From Octopus vulgaris (Eukaryota), in the NCBI GenBank assembly GCA_951406725.2, contig OX597826.1, forward strand, positions 47,554,001 to 47,618,000: 64,000 bases of DNA. The letters are read 5' to 3'. The translations under genes and the position numbers were made by a program. The notes under the pieces were generated by a model. The model saw nothing but the letters and a program-made list of their open reading frames with translations. It made no database searches and was not told the origin of the DNA. Shown here one piece after another: positions 42,900-57,076 of the stretch (positions are counted from its first letter, which is position 1; every line of letters begins with the position of its first letter).

Positions 42900-43882
42900 C
42901 AAGTTCGTCAGTGGGATTTAAATCACGTAAGTCCAGTGACTGATTCTCAGATAGATCAGCAGAAATTCATGACCTACTTTTAGAAAATCAAAACTTAGGC
43001 AATACATTTCTTTCTCAGTCCTTGATCCCCAACTCATACGAAGCTTGCAGAGAGCTGAAAGAGCAAACTGCTTTAAGGGGAATTAAACAGGAATGGTGGA
43101 ATGATGGAGCAAAAGGGGCACAAGAAGCAGCTGATAGAATTGACGCCAAGGGTTTGTACTTTTATGTTAAGAAAGTATATGGCCCAAAATCTTCTTCATT
43201 AACTCCAATGAGATCTGCAAATGGAATTTTGCTTCTGACTCACACCGCTTCTATTCATAAGCGCTGGGTAGAACATTTTTCTGCGCTTTTGAATAGTGCA
43301 TCATCCGATGACACGAGGATGATAGTAAAAATCGAACACCTTCCATTTACAGAAGAGATGGCATTTGAACCAACTCTAAATGACATTTATTTAGCTGTGA
43401 ATAAGCTGAATAACAATGTCTCCAGGGTCTGATGGAATCTGTGCAGAAGTCTTGAATATATTAGTTTGTGACTTTTGGAAAACTGAGAAAGTGCCTCAAG
43501 ACTGGATTGATGTCATTTTAGTCACCTTGTATAAATCAGGGCCAAAGGATCTCTGTGGCAATTTTCGCGGGATTTTGCTTTTGTCTGTGGTTGGAAAGGT
43601 ACTTGCTCGCATTCTGTTAGGACGTTTAAATACCTTCATAGTTCCAATATGGTGTTTGAGTCTCAATGTGGTTTTCGCTCCTCCATGAGCACAGCTGATT
43701 GCATCTTTACTATCAGACAACTGCAAGAAAAGTGCATTGAACAGAATATTTTCTTATTCCATTACTTTGTTGATTTGAGCAAAGCATTCGATCCTGTTAA
43801 TCGAAATGCTCTGCAGCTAATTCTAAGGAAAATAGGTTGGCCAGAAAAATTTGTAAACATGATCAGGGCTTTGCATCAAGAT
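42900..43882 (+). pseudogene. RTE-clade LINE ORF fragment (linker and N-terminal half of RT), frameshifted
   Basis: RWVEHFSALLN, SPGSDGICAE, VPQDW, CGNFRGI.LLSVVGKVLARILL.RL, ESQCGFR, FTIRQLQEKC.EQ and FVDLSKAFD motifs across three ORFs. Confidence 0.93.
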
Positions 43883-44095
43883 GAGAATGGAATTAAAAAA
43901 GCTTCCATGACCAAGCCAGTCACTAGATATGGACACTATTGAACACATCTGGGACATAATAGAAAGCATCTTCAAAGCCAGATCTTTTGAAATTACTGCA
44001 TGAAACTTGGCAAGAAATTAGGCAAGAGACTATTCGTCATCTGATCAGTAACATGCCTAATAGGGTCCTTTCATTGAAAAATGCAGAGAGCACGT
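43883..44095 (+). pseudogene. Tc1-like (DD34E) transposase C-terminal fragment
   Basis: KLP*PSQSLDMDTIEHIWD is a decayed WPSQSPDLNPIEHxW, followed by ETWQEIRQETIRHLISNMPNRV. Confidence 0.8.
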
Positions 44096-44254
44096 TTATT
44101 AAATATTAAATATTCACGTTATAACAATTAATAAATAATTTTTGAATGTATAATATCAGATTTAAATCAATTTTAATGATTATAAGGGTGTCTATTTACT
44201 TCTGTCGTGTCTGTGTATATATACACACACTCAGATATACATATATATATATAT

Positions 44255-44646
44255 TTTTTACTTGTTTCAGTCACTTGACTGCGGTCATGCTGGAGCACCG
44301 CCTTTAGTCGAGCAAACCGACTCCGGGACTTATTCTTTGTAAGCCCAGTACTTATTCTATCGGTCACTTTTGCCGAACCGCTAAGTGACGGGGACGTAAA
44401 CACACCAGCATCGGTTGTCAAGAATTGCTAGGGGGACAAACACAGACACACAAACACACACACACATATATATATATATACACATATATACGACAGGCTT
44501 CTTTCAGTTTCCGTCTAACAAATCCACTCACAAGGCATTGGTCGGCCCGGGGCTATAGCAGAAGACACTTGCCCAAGATGCCTCGCAGTGGGACTGAACC
44601 CGCAACCATGTGGTTGGTTAGCAAGCTACTTACCACACAGCCACTC
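44255..44646 (-). mobile_element. SINE family B, full length
   Basis: Near-consensus copy, as at 23328 and 63222. Confidence 0.92.
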
Positions 44647-45247
44647 TCAATAAAAACAACGGGGAAATATCCCTCAGATCATCCCTTACCGTCTTAAATA
44701 TCTCTCACTCAAAACGCATGCTACGCTCCATGCAGACGTGAATACGACGATACGATGCCATTTAATACAAATCAAGACAGACACACGTATCCAGAGCTGT
44801 CCTTTCCTTTCAAAATAAGAAGCAATTGTATTTTCTGTCCTTAATCATGTTAATTCAACCGTGATAGTATGCTGATAGTCTTCAAATTATCTCTCTTTCT
44901 GTTTCAGATTGACTGACAATTACTACTAAGCTTTTTGTTTTCCCACACTGTCGACAAAGGAAATTTTGATAAATTAAATATTTATCGTGTACTGTATTGA
45001 GTACAACATACCATTTACGTTGTATATTCTTTTTTTTTTTTTTTTGTATTCTTTTTTCTTTCTATTCTTATTTGCAAACATTCAATGTATACTACTGAAA
45101 CAGCATTAGATGAAAATAGCCATCTATGTATCATACTTAACGTATGCAAACTACTGACACGCGAAGGGGTTCGGTTTTCGTTTGAGATAAAATCTCTTAT
45201 AGACGTGCTGTTAAAAATGACACACACACACACACACATACATATAA

Positions 45248-45323
<76 letters not shown>

Positions 45324-45389
45324 AAGCGATGTACAAATATTGTATATTTAAAATAATAAGGAAGTCAGGGTGTTGGATGACTATCTATC

Positions 45390-45467
<78 letters not shown>

Positions 45468-45602
45468 TAAACATCTTTAATTCCATATTTTAGCGCTTTT
45501 TTTCCATTATCGGATTTATCAAATCCGATAACGGAAGAAATGTAAATAAGATATAAATAAATAAAAAAAATATATTTAATCCAACATTCTGACTATCTTT
45601 TT

Positions 45603-45646
<44 letters not shown>

Positions 45647-45649
<3 letters not shown>

Positions 45650-45880
45650 GAGAGTGACGAAAAATTGTCCCGGCTGCAACTAGCAAGAACACCAAATTTA
45701 TTTCAGCCTTGAGGTTACTTTTCAACGCAACCTCTCCCCTACAGTATAAGATACAGTGAACTATATATTCACTGACATTGCGAATAGTTGCCGAGTTGTA
45801 TAAAATCCCGGTGTACGCAATGAATAGAATATCCATTGATATTAGTAGCCTTTGTGTGATGGTGTAACCGAAATAATCAC
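45647..45880. mobile_element. Possible Tc1/mariner-type terminus
   Basis: ta-CAGGAGAGTGACGAAAAATT start directly after (TA)n; partner end not seen. Confidence 0.3.
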
Positions 45881-46489
45881 TGTCATTTTGTGCCTGATTT
45901 ACATCTTGTTTGGAATGTTCTTGGCATTAATTTTACCATCCTCATCATCATCATCATCATCATCCTCATCTTCCTCCTCCTCCTCCTCCTCATCATCATC
46001 ATCATCAGCAGCAGCAGCAGCAGCATGGCTTGGACGATTTGACCAAAGTTGCCGAGCAGGGAAGCCGCATCAGTTTCCAATCTGGTTTGCCTTGGTTTCT
46101 ATGGTTGGATGCTCTTCCTAACCCCAACTTTACATAGTGTGATGGCTGTTTTTTTTTTGTTGTTATATTTTTTCGTTTTCTGTTTCATCGTTGAGTATCA
46201 ATTATTTCATACAACCCGTGGTTTCTCGGTTCTTTCGTTCACCTTTGGCACATTGTAGTCAATAAATATTCAAACAGTATCATTTCAATACTTGACATTG
46301 AAACTAAATATTGGTTGTTATACAATAGACTATTCCCTCCAATCCACCCATCACCCAGTTGACATCAAAGTCACTTCCGTTTCTCAAGAACAAAATATAT
46401 ACGTGCGCGCCAGAATGCTGTCCTCCAATCTGCTAGAAGAAACAACTAAATTTCTTGAATGTGTTAAATATCTTTTCTTTTATTCTATT

Positions 46490-46686
46490 ATTCTTTTACT
46501 TGTTGCAGTCATTTGACTGCGACCTCAGGACTTATTCTTTGTAAGACTAGTACTTATTTTATCGGTCACTTTTTACCGAACCGCTAAGTTACGGAGATGT
46601 AAACACACCAGCATTGGTTGTCAAGTGATGTTGGAGGGACAAGCACAAACACACAAACATATGCACACACAAACATATGCACACAC

Positions 46687-46728
<42 letters not shown>

Positions 46729-46972
46729 TAATCCAAACAAGAAAACAAAAAGACAACAACGCGAGGATGTGGAACAAATATATATATACGTATATATACA
46801 TATATATACATATATACGACGGGCTTCTTTCAGTTTCTGTCTACCAAATCCACTCACAAGGCTTTGGTCGGCCCGATGCTATAGTAAAAAGCACTTGCCC
46901 AAGGTGCCACGCAGTGGGACTGAACCCAGAACCATGTGGCTGGTAAGCAAGCTACTTACTACACAGCCACTC
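46490..46972 (-). mobile_element. SINE family B with internal insertion
   Basis: Tail at 46490-46650 and head at 46815-46972. Confidence 0.87.
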
Positions 46973-47654
46973 CTTACGGCCAACATATATTCTGCCCATT
47001 AAAAAAGAACAACAGCAATCGGTTTCTTCTATTTTTATTTAGGAAGGCAATTTTAAAGCAGGTATACTCGTTTAACAACTATATTAAATTTACTAAGGTA
47101 AAGCAAAATGATTTCGATTTATAATTCAAACGGTCATTATATATTTCGTCAGTGTTATTCTCTGGTGTTCCAATGGCAAATGTCTTCACCATGGCTAACT
47201 AACCTTAGAATAACTCATATATTACCATTAATTTGTAATTGATTTAATTAGCGATGTACACGGGAAGAGATAACCGTTTTCTGAAGGAAAGGACGTCTGT
47301 CTATTGTTAGTAACATTCGTGAAAATATATTGTGTGCAGTATTCTACCTACAAACACAACAAATTTCTTAATATAGCTACTTAGACAACTAGAAATAGCA
47401 ATCAAATAACCCTCAAATCACACTCGACGTCAGGATTAGCAAAGAAAAAAGTTTTATTAGATAATATATTTGTACAACCTCCTAAAATATGGCATAGCCA
47501 TGGCTACAAAGCCTATTATAATAGATGTGCGTCATAGAGATTACAGATAAGCCAGTATCACCATCATTGAGAACAACAACAAAACCCTGCATAATATTTG
47601 GATACAAGATCTAAGAGTATGTGCTCTAATTATTACAATGTTATATACATATAA

Positions 47655-47713
<59 letters not shown>

Positions 47714-49196
47714 AATAAATATATATTTAATCAACCGTGTTACCTCTTCTGTTTGTAAATTAACCATATAAAGATATGTAATTTTCCACTCTAGGCCGCA
47801 GGAACACTGTAAAATTGTTTAATGTTTAATCAACTTATAGTACTGGGTTCAAATCATACTTTAGACATAACAACACGAAGGGTACATTTCTGAAATTATC
47901 AAGAGTAATCACTCGCTGGTCCCTCATCAAAAACTTTTAATTTGTTCCTGCCAACCCACATAACATAAACAAATAATGATTTTTTGCTTTGAGTTTAAAG
48001 TTTAAAAAATAATAATTTCAAATAAAAAAAAAAGAAACGTATTAGTTTGAATCAGCGCCAACCTATTAATGGAATTTATTTTACGAACCCCAGAGAGATG
48101 AGTGGCAAAATGAACACCAATAAATATTAATTGATTGATTAAATTTTACTATATATTTATGAGGAAGCATTCATAGAATAGAAATTCTAAATAAATACTT
48201 AAAATTTCTTTTAGTTTTAGGAATAAAATAATTAACAAAATGATTTTGAACGTATTCAGTTAGCTTTATGACTTGGAGATTTCAAAAGGAAACCATAATA
48301 TCGTTAGAACAAATTAAACAGATGTAGAATTTAAAATGAAGTTACAAAAGTTTTCCAAAATAAAGATGACTATATCTCTTTGCGGTTTCAAGAAATTTTC
48401 GCTTTGTTTTGCTCTTTTTTCTTTTCTCCCCGAAGAAATTATCGAAACAATATTAGGTTTTTAGTTCTGCTTTCTCAGTTGTTATTTTCTACGTGTAATT
48501 CATATTTCATGTGAAAACTTAAAACATTTAGAATTTTCTCTTTATTTTCTTCCTCCTTTATCTTGCTTTCCGTGTTTATTTATTTGTTTATTTATTAAAT
48601 ATATATCTTTTTGTTCTGTATTCACTTTCACTTTGTCATATTTTTGCAATGATTATTCGCAGAGAATCTCTAGGCATTTTTTTTTTTTTCTTTAAAGAAG
48701 TATTAATTACAAAACTAACCGCAATTTCAAGCATTGCCATCACACCTGTAGCTAAGTATCAAACATTAATATGCGACTGAAGTGAACTAATCTTTGGGAA
48801 TATTTTCACAATTTTCCCCAATTCATGCCTCAGAAATATTACCGTTAATCTTCTGACCAGAAATCTGTATTCTGTTAGTTCATATTTCGTAATTTATTCC
48901 TACTTATTAATTAACACACACTCACACATACACACATATATATATATTATACACATGCACACGCATATATATATATATATACATATAGTCTTTATACATA
49001 TATACATGTACGCACGCATGCACGCACACATACACACACATTCACATATATATATCTTGTCATATCTCTTCTCAGCTCGTTAGACTGGCAAAGACAAAAA
49101 CTAAAAACTGAAAGTTAATAACAATTATCTTGAAATAAACTTATCGTTTCATATTTAATGTATCACAGTTGCCTAACGTCTAGTCTTAATAACATG

Positions 49197-49257
<61 letters not shown>

Positions 49258-49629
49258 GTTTGTGACGATAAAAACGATATTTAGAAAGTATTTATTTATT
49301 TATGCAGTATGCAGGTGTTATTGAGTCAATTAGTTACAATATTTGATCTTAAGTATGTTGTTGTTGTCGTTGTTATTGAGTCTACGTCAGCTCAGATTAG
49401 GTAGAACTATGATTAAATGCTCTACAGCCGGGACGACCCAGCCTGTTTCTCCTTACGTGCAGTCAGTGCAGCTGATATGTCCTTTGAGAGTGATTTGAGG
49501 GTGTGAAGCAACATCATAGGGAATTCGTCTTGGGATCTTGGGATCAGAAGTAATTACTGACAGGTGATAAATAGCTGGTCAGTCTAGATAAACTGACATA
49601 AATGAAAGGTTTTAATATAAAAAAAGTGT

Positions 49630-49963
49630 AGAGTCCTTTCGGTTATGAATGACCATAGGATTGCACCTATAAAGTTACCCTCCGAGGCACAAGTCCGGAC
49701 AGGGTTGCTTGTGGAGGACCAACAGTCACCCATGCATACCAGCCTCCCATCTCCATGCCACCGATGCTGTCCAAGGGAAAGGCAATGGCCGATGCAGCTT
49801 GGCACCAGTGATGTTGCAATTCATTTCTACAGCTGAGTGAACTGGAGCAACGCGAAATAAAGTGTTTTGCTCAAGAACACAACTCACAGCCAGCTTCAGA
49901 CATCGAACTCACTACTTCATGATTGTGAGCCCGACGCTCTAACCACTGAGCCATGCGCCTTCG
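49630..49963 (-). mobile_element. tRNA-derived SINE (family E, head related to family C)
   Basis: Minus strand GAAGGCGCATGGCTCAGTGGTTAGAGCG...GAGTTCGATG...GTGTTCTTGAGCAAAACACTTTA. Confidence 0.8.
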
Positions 49964-49989
49964 CTGATATTATAGATTTTCCTTTAAAG

Positions 49990-50892
49990 CTGCGAGCTGG
50001 CAGAATCATTAGCAAGTCGAGCAAAATACTTAACAGCGTTTCGTTTGTCTTTACGTTCTGAGATCAAATTCCGCTGAGGCAGACTCTGTCTTTCATCCCT
50101 TCGGAGTCGATCAAATAAGCGCCAGTCGAACATTGGGGTCGATGTATCGACATATTCCATCCCGGAAATTGCTGGTTCTGTGCCAAGATTTAAAGCCATT
50201 ATTATACCTTTTCCTAAAATATTATGAAGCTCCATCGGAAATTAACTGCAACTCGGTGACAAAAGTAGGCAGCAGAAAGCCAAACTTTTTGCTTAAGCTG
50301 TTGTTATTTAGCTCTTACTCGATTCTGGTTGGCAGAATCTATGATAATAAAAGCATTCCAACCGTGTCCACTCCGACTTTGGTATATGTATATTTTCATT
50401 GACCAATGTGCCTTTCTCACAATCTCATTATCTCGTCGGTCACTGAAGGCTGTGAGATGGCAGAATTGTTAGCACACCGGACAAACTGCGTAACAGCAAT
50501 TCGTCCGTCTATGCGTTTTGAGATCAATTTCCACTGAGGTCGACTTTGCCTTTCAATAGTTTCGGGGTCGATGAAATAAGTACCAGTTGAGTACTGGGGT
50601 CGATGTAATAGAATAGTTCCCTCTCCTGATCTTACTAGCCTTGTGTCAAATTATCAAACCATTATTATTATTATTATTATTGCTACAAAGGCGGTGAGTT
50701 GCAGATTGTCAGCGTGCCGAACAAAATACTTGGCGACATTTTATCCGTCTTTGTATTCAAATTCTACTGAGGTCGACTTTACCTATCTTTCTTTCGGGTT
50801 TGAAAAAATAAGTACCAGTTGAGCATTGCGTCGAGGTATTCGACGGAACTCCACCTCCAAATAAATTCAGGCCTTGTTACTTCAGTAGAAAG
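49990..50892 (+). mobile_element. Three older SINE family A copies (about 49990-50200, 50448-50660, 50689-50892)
   Basis: Diverged GCTGGCAGAAT heads and GTCGACTTTGCCTTTCA cores. Confidence 0.8.
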
Positions 50893-51347
50893 TCATTTCT
50901 CTCCAGTCTAGCTTGTTATACGAAGTTCTCCCTGATATCTTGTTGGTTTCTTACTTCATGAAGGAAGCATTTCTGTTTTCTTCATATTAATTCCAGCGAA
51001 CACACTTTCTTTCTATACCTTTGTATAGAAAATATCTGCATGATTGCTAGAAAGAATATGCTAAAGCAGTTTCATCATATTTCTTATAGAAAGCTTCAGG
51101 ACTCATAGAGAGCCAATGAAAAAATGCAAGTATTTCTAAATGTACATATATGCATCACCTAGCTATTAGTTGGGTGGGGGGTTATGGGGGGTAGATTGTG
51201 AGAGCTCTGTTTGCTGTCCGTTGATCATAAAACAGGACTTTTGATAAGATATAGACTGACTGTGATAACTCATTGCAAACACAAAGCAACATAAAACTCA
51301 TATATTCACACATTCATACCTATATGCATGTATGTATGTATGTCGCT

Positions 51348-51658
51348 TTTCTCTTTTACTTCTTTCAGTCATTTGACTGCGGCCATGCTGGAGTACCGCT
51401 TTTAGTCGAGCAAATCACCCCAGGACTTATTCCTTGGAAGCCTAGCACTTATTTTATCGGTCCCTTTTGCCGAACCACTAAGTTACGGGAGCGTAAACAC
51501 ACTACCATCGGTTGTCAAGCGATGTTGGGGGCACAAACACAGACACAAACATATATACACACATACATATATATGCACATACGACGGATTTCTTTCAGTT
51601 TCCGTCTACCAAATCCACTCACAAGGCTTTGGTTGGCCCGAGGTTATATTGGAAGACA
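51348..51658 (-). mobile_element. SINE family B, cut by the gap
   Basis: Family B tail and middle run up to the Ns. Confidence 0.88.
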
Positions 51659-51758
51659 NNNNNNNNNNNNNNNNNNNNNNNNNNNNNNNNNNNNNNNNNN
51701 NNNNNNNNNNNNNNNNNNNNNNNNNNNNNNNNNNNNNNNNNNNNNNNNNNNNNNNNNN
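51659..51758. other. Assembly gap (100 N)
   Basis: Run of N; adjacency across it is uncertain. Confidence 1.
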
Positions 51759-52435
51759 AAAAATGGGCAACTTTAAAGCCTCGGGACCAAATGGACGTCA
51801 AGGCTACTGGATCAAAAGATTTGGTGAATGCAGTCCAAGTAGCACTAGAGTAGTTGACAATGGGTAGGACAGTTCTGTGCTTGAAAAGCATCGAAAAAGG
51901 CAATACGATAGACAATTACAAGTCGATATCCTGCTTGCCACTTATGTAGAAATCATTGACTGGAATAGTTGCAGTCAATGTACGGACATATGGTAAAAAA
52001 AATGAAGTCCTGCCACGGGAGCAGAAGGATTGCAAGCGTAAGTGCAGGGGTACCAAGGATCAACTCCTGGTAGACAAAACTCTACTTAGAAACTGCAAGA
52101 GGAGGAAACCTAACTTAGCTATGTCATGGATCGATTATCGTAAGACGTTCGATATGGTCCCACATTCTTGGATTATGGAATGTATGAACCTATTTATTAT
52201 CGCATCGAATGTTGAGTGATTGCTTGGAAAAAGTATGCGAAAGTGGAGGGCGGAACTGACAGCATATGGATGAAATTTGAGGACAATAGAAATCAGGAGG
52301 CATCTTCCAAGGGGACTACCTGACCCCACTGATCTTTGTACTGTGCACCACTAACACTGATTCTGAGAAAAAGAAGGGCTGGGTATGTATTCAAGAGCCG
52401 CCAACTAAAAGTCAACCACTTGTTATTCATGGAGG
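51759..52435 (+). pseudogene. R4/Dong-clade non-LTR reverse transcriptase fragment
   Basis: KASGP.G..GYWIK, NYK.ISCLP, EQK.C....RGTKDQLL.DK, WIDYRK.FD.VPHSW, GIFQGD and VNHLLFM motifs, with stops. Confidence 0.9.
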
Positions 52436-52454
52436 AATATTGTTATTATTATTA

Positions 52455-52505
<51 letters not shown>

Positions 52506-52507
<2 letters not shown>

Positions 52508-52737
52508 GAGTGAGAGAGCAGTGCATGCCATCAAAGTGACACTGGGGTAAAATATACGAAGCCCAGTATACCCATCATGACTACCCGTCTGATAAGGGTG
52601 CACAAGGCACATGCATCACAACCACATGTGCGCGAAATGGTGATCTCATATCAAAATAAACAGCAGGTCGAGTAACCCATCCCACTCGAAAGGTCCCTGA
52701 ATAAGGGTTGTTCAAGGATGTTGAACGAAACACCCAA

Positions 52738-52738
<1 letters not shown>
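52506..52738 (-). mobile_element. Second copy of the (AAT)n-embedded element at 20961
   Basis: TGAGTGAGAGAGCAGTGCATGCCATCAAAGTGACACTGGG... is the reverse complement of 21468 going down. Confidence 0.85.
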
Positions 52739-52780
<42 letters not shown>

Positions 52781-52799
52781 GTTATTATTATTATTGTTG

Positions 52800-52861
<62 letters not shown>

Positions 52862-53070
52862 TGTCGAGCTGACAGAGTCGTTAGGACGCCGGGCGAAAAG
52901 CTTAGCTGCATTTCGTTCGGCTTCATGCTTCTTCGAATTTCGCCGAGATCGACTTTGCCTTTGATCCTTTCTGGGTCAATAAAATAAGTACCAGTTGAGT
53001 ACTGGGGTCATTATAATCGACTACCCACTTCCTCCAAATTTCAGGCCTTGTGCCCAATAGTAGAAAGAAA
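52862..53070 (+). mobile_element. SINE family A, diverged
   Basis: GAGCTGACAGAGTCGTTAG head, core, and AAATTTCAGGCCTTGTGCC tail. Confidence 0.8.
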
Positions 53071-53984
53071 TTATTATTATCATTATTGTTGCTGTTTTGT
53101 CTTTGCTGTTGTTGTTGTTGTAACTATCATTTATCCTTTACCACCCTCTTCCTCCCCCCCTCTTCCTTCTCCTCACCATCATCATTTTATGTTTCCTTCT
53201 CTTTAGTCATTTCTGGAGCCAATTATCAACCAACAGAAAAGAGGGAAAGAGTGAGAGAGAAAGAGGAAAGGAGGGGGGGGATAGAGGAAGATTGAAACCT
53301 TGTATAGAGAAGAGCAAAACAGATTCCTTTTGTCTTTCTTCAGAACCAGAATGATTACAAGACGGAATTGTTAAATAGTTTATTTCCTTTCTTCCTTTTT
53401 TTTTTTTGTCTTTGGACACCTTCTATGAAATAAACACCAACACCACAATCATCACAACAACAACAAGAACTACTACTACTACTACTACTACTACAACTAC
53501 TACTACTACTAAATATTTCGGTCATCATTCTAAGATGTTTACTCTTAGTTTATGATTCCACTCTGGGATTTTTTTCTGTTGTATCTCATTTTTTTTTTGT
53601 TTTTGATTTTCGGGGGAGGAAGGAATGAGCCATATTTTTTTTTGTTCGTATTTTTTCATTTTATTTTTATTTTATTTTTTTAGGATCTGAATTACATTGT
53701 CGGTTATAGTTCTTGTGTCTATTCTTCTTTAAATTGTCTTTTAGTTTTTATTTTCCAAAAAATAAGAAAAAAATGGTGAAAAATCTTAACTGCATGTATT
53801 TATTTCTCTAAAAGAATGGCTGAATTCTTTTCTCTTAGTTTATTGAGGCATTTTTTTTAGTTGTTGTTGTTGTTGTTTTCTCTCTCTTTTTTTGTTATGT
53901 TCTTCCTCCTTCTAATGTCTTGTCAACACTTATTTCTTGCTCAACAATCGTTGGAGTAAAGTTGTTTGGAAATGAAAAAAATAA

Positions 53985-54280
53985 GGAGAGGAAAAGAAAG
54001 AAAGAAGAAGAAGAAGAAGAAGAAGAAGAAGAAGAAGAAGAAGAAGAAGAAGAAGAAGAAGAAGAAGGAGATGAAGAAGAAGAAGAAGAAGAAGAGGAAG
54101 GGGGAGAAAAAGGAAGAGAAGAGGAAGAAGAAGAAGAAGAAGAAGAAGAAGAAAAAGAAGAAGAAGAAGAAGAAGAAGAAGATGAAGAAGAAAAAAAGAA
54201 GAAGAAGAAGATGATGATGAAGAAGAAGAAGAAGAAAAGAAGAAGAAGAAGAAGAAGAAGAAGAAGAAGAAGAAGAAGAG
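53985..54280. repeat. (GAA)n polypurine tract
   Basis: About 290 bp of interrupted GAA repeat. Confidence 0.95.
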
Positions 54281-55062
54281 TAGGGTGGAAGATCTAAGTA
54301 ACAATAGAGTTTTTGTCAGTATTGTTTAAATTGACTGTGAGAAATTCAATCTTAGAACTGATGTCCGAACTCCAGGATGGGGCGTGGCAGTGTGGATGAT
54401 GGTAGTGCTAGGTGGTAGGGATAATGATGATGGTGTTTGTATTGTTGTTGTTGTTGTTGTTAGTGGAAATGATAGTGATGTTGGTGGACGTGGTGTTGAT
54501 GGCGATGGTATTGTTGTTTTTTGTATCGTTAGCGTTGCTGTTGTTGTCAGTGGTGGTAGTAGTGGTGTTGGTGTTAATGGTGGCATTTATAGTGATGAGG
54601 GCGATGTTGCAAATCATGGTAGTGGTGATGATGACGGTGACGGCGGTTGTGGTAGTGATAGTATAGGCTGTTGTTGTGGTGGTGTGGAGTGTCTGATGAT
54701 TGCAGTGGCGCTGGTAGTTCTGATAGCACCCTTGGTGATGGTAGGTAGGTAGGTAGGTAGGTGTAACAGGTTTGTGGTAATCGTGTTGCTGTTGTTGGTG
54801 TTGTTGTTGTTGTTGTTGGCAATGGTATTGAATTTCAAGATATTGTTGTTCTTTTTCATATTGATGATGGTAGTGGTAGTGGTGGTGACGACGGGGGTAA
54901 TGTTGATGGTGATATCAGTAATAGTAGTATGGTTGGTGAATGCAATAGTGGTGATGATGAGAGTAGTTATCGTTGCTGTTTAACCCCAGGTCAATTCTGG
55001 TTGAACAAACCTATGATCAAGTGCGTTCCAACCCGAACACACCCTCAATTTGGTCGTTTGTT

Positions 55063-55446
55063 TTCTTTTACTTGTTTCAGTCATTTGACTGCGGCCATGC
55101 TGGAGCACCGCCTTTAGTTGAGCAAATCGACCCCAGGACTTATTATTTGTAAGCCTAGTACTTATTCTATCGGTTTCTTTGCCGAACCGCTAAGGTACGG
55201 GGACATAAACACACCAGTATCGGTTGTCAAGCGATGTTGGGGGGACAAACACACACACACAAATATGTACATATACATATATACTACGAGCTTCTTTCAG
55301 TTTCCGTCAACTAAATCCACTCACAAGGCTTTGGTTGACCCGAGGCTATAGTAGAAGACACTTACCCAAGATGCCACGCAGTGGGACTGAACTCGGAACT
55401 ATGTGGTTGGTAAGCTAGCTACTTACAATACAGCCACGCCTACGCC
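55063..55446 (-). mobile_element. SINE family B, full length
   Basis: Near-consensus tail and head. Confidence 0.92.
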
Positions 55447-56358
55447 TTTGTTGGATCACCTAAATCAATATGTCCTTTCTTTTTTCCAAGACGCTTAAGT
55501 ATAATTCGAAAAAGTGCAGCTACTATTTTTAACAAGCCAAGGATTTCCTCTTGGTTGGAGTAGCGATGGTGATGGTGCTGATGATGTTGATAGCGCTGCG
55601 GCAGTGGCGGTGATTGAGGTGGTGGTGGTGGTAGTGGTGGTGGTGTTGGTGGTGGTGGTGGTGGTGGTGGTGGTGGTAAGGTTGATGGCGATGTTATCGG
55701 TGAGGATTCTAGTGTACAAGTGATAAGGATTCTTTATTCCTTCCTCTTTAAACCTTAACTATCTCTAGTTCATTCTTGTTGCTTTTGTTGTTGCCACTAC
55801 TGTCCTCATTGCTGTACTTGTTATTACTGATGGTGTTGTTGATGTTGTTGTTGTTGTTGCTGCTGCTGTTATTGTTATTGTTGTTGATGTTGTTGTCGGT
55901 GTCATCCCTGTTGTCATCAACCCAATGTGTCTCTTTACAGCTGCACATTACCTCCATTGTCAACAAGCAGCTTATAGTTCTGGGGTACTCTAAGCCCACC
56001 CACACAGAAACAGCAACACTACTTTAATCTCTTACCATATGCCATTAAATACCAGAAATTTTATTTCATTTGCTTTATTTATTTGTGTTTGTTTCTTCGT
56101 TTGTTTGCTCATTTCGCTGTTAGTTTTTGATTGTTTTTTTTTATTATTTTCTTTTAATTTTTTAAAACTTGCTTCCTCCTCTTTTCCTCGTCAAACCAGC
56201 TTCCTTTTCTTTTTACTTTTATTCTACAGCCAACACAGCCTCCACATCCATCACCCTATTTCATCATTATCCAACATGAACTGTAGTGTATGTATGTGAT
56301 AGCCGCACTTCTGAAGTTGTTGTTGTTGACGTAGTAGTATGTTGTTGGCACGTAGTAA

Positions 56359-56396
<38 letters not shown>

Positions 56397-56667
56397 ATTG
56401 TGGTGGTGGTAGTGGTGGTGGTGGTGGTGGTGGTAGTGGTGGTGGTGGTGGTGGTAGTGGTGGTGGTGGTGGTGGTGGTGGCGGTGGTATAAAACGTAGA
56501 AGAAATACGAGCAGGATGAAGAGGAACACAAAGATGAACAACAATAGCAACAACAATAACAAGAACAACAACAACAATAAGAAGAACAGTAACAACAAAA
56601 GGAAGAATACCAAGATGAAGAGGGTGAAGAAGATGGATAGAAGCAGACTTTGACGATGAAGAGAAAC

Positions 56668-56811
56668 AAGAAGAAGAAGAAGAAGAAGAAGAAGAAGAAG
56701 AAGAAGAAGAAGAAGAAGAAGAAGAAGAAGAAGAAGAAGAAGAAGAAGAAGAAGAAGAAGAAGAAGAAGAAGAAGAAGAAGAAGAAGAAGAAGAAGAAGA
56801 AGAAGAAGAAG
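56668..56811. repeat. Perfect (AAG)n microsatellite
   Basis: About 144 bp uninterrupted. Confidence 0.97.
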
Positions 56812-57076
56812 GGAAAAGTACAGAGAAGGAATGGTAGAGGAGTATTGCCCTTGCTTTCTGCTAGTACAAACTGTCATATTCTGATAATCTTTTAGATATA
56901 CATATGGTGCCAATGCTGTTTCCCGGGTTTGATAAGAATGGTAAGGGAGAAGGAATGAAACTTCATTCATGCTTTACATATTTATCGAGGGTAGTGTAAA
57001 ACTGAGCCCATTCATACAAAAGGGAAATGAAAAGTGTGTATGTGCGTAAGTGTGTGCAGCGTGTATATATGTGTGT

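Noticed and set aside
42900-44095. Novel RT-transposase fusion element
   Set aside because: Both parts are decayed fragments in different frames; a deletion or nested insertion is the simpler explanation.
51348-52435. SINE B-R4 chimera and ORFs spanning 51659-51758
   Set aside because: The junction is an N gap.
53920-56970. Poly-E, K, L and P ORFs up to 239 aa, and Gly/Val-rich ORFs
   Set aside because: Trinucleotide repeats with no non-repetitive coding content.
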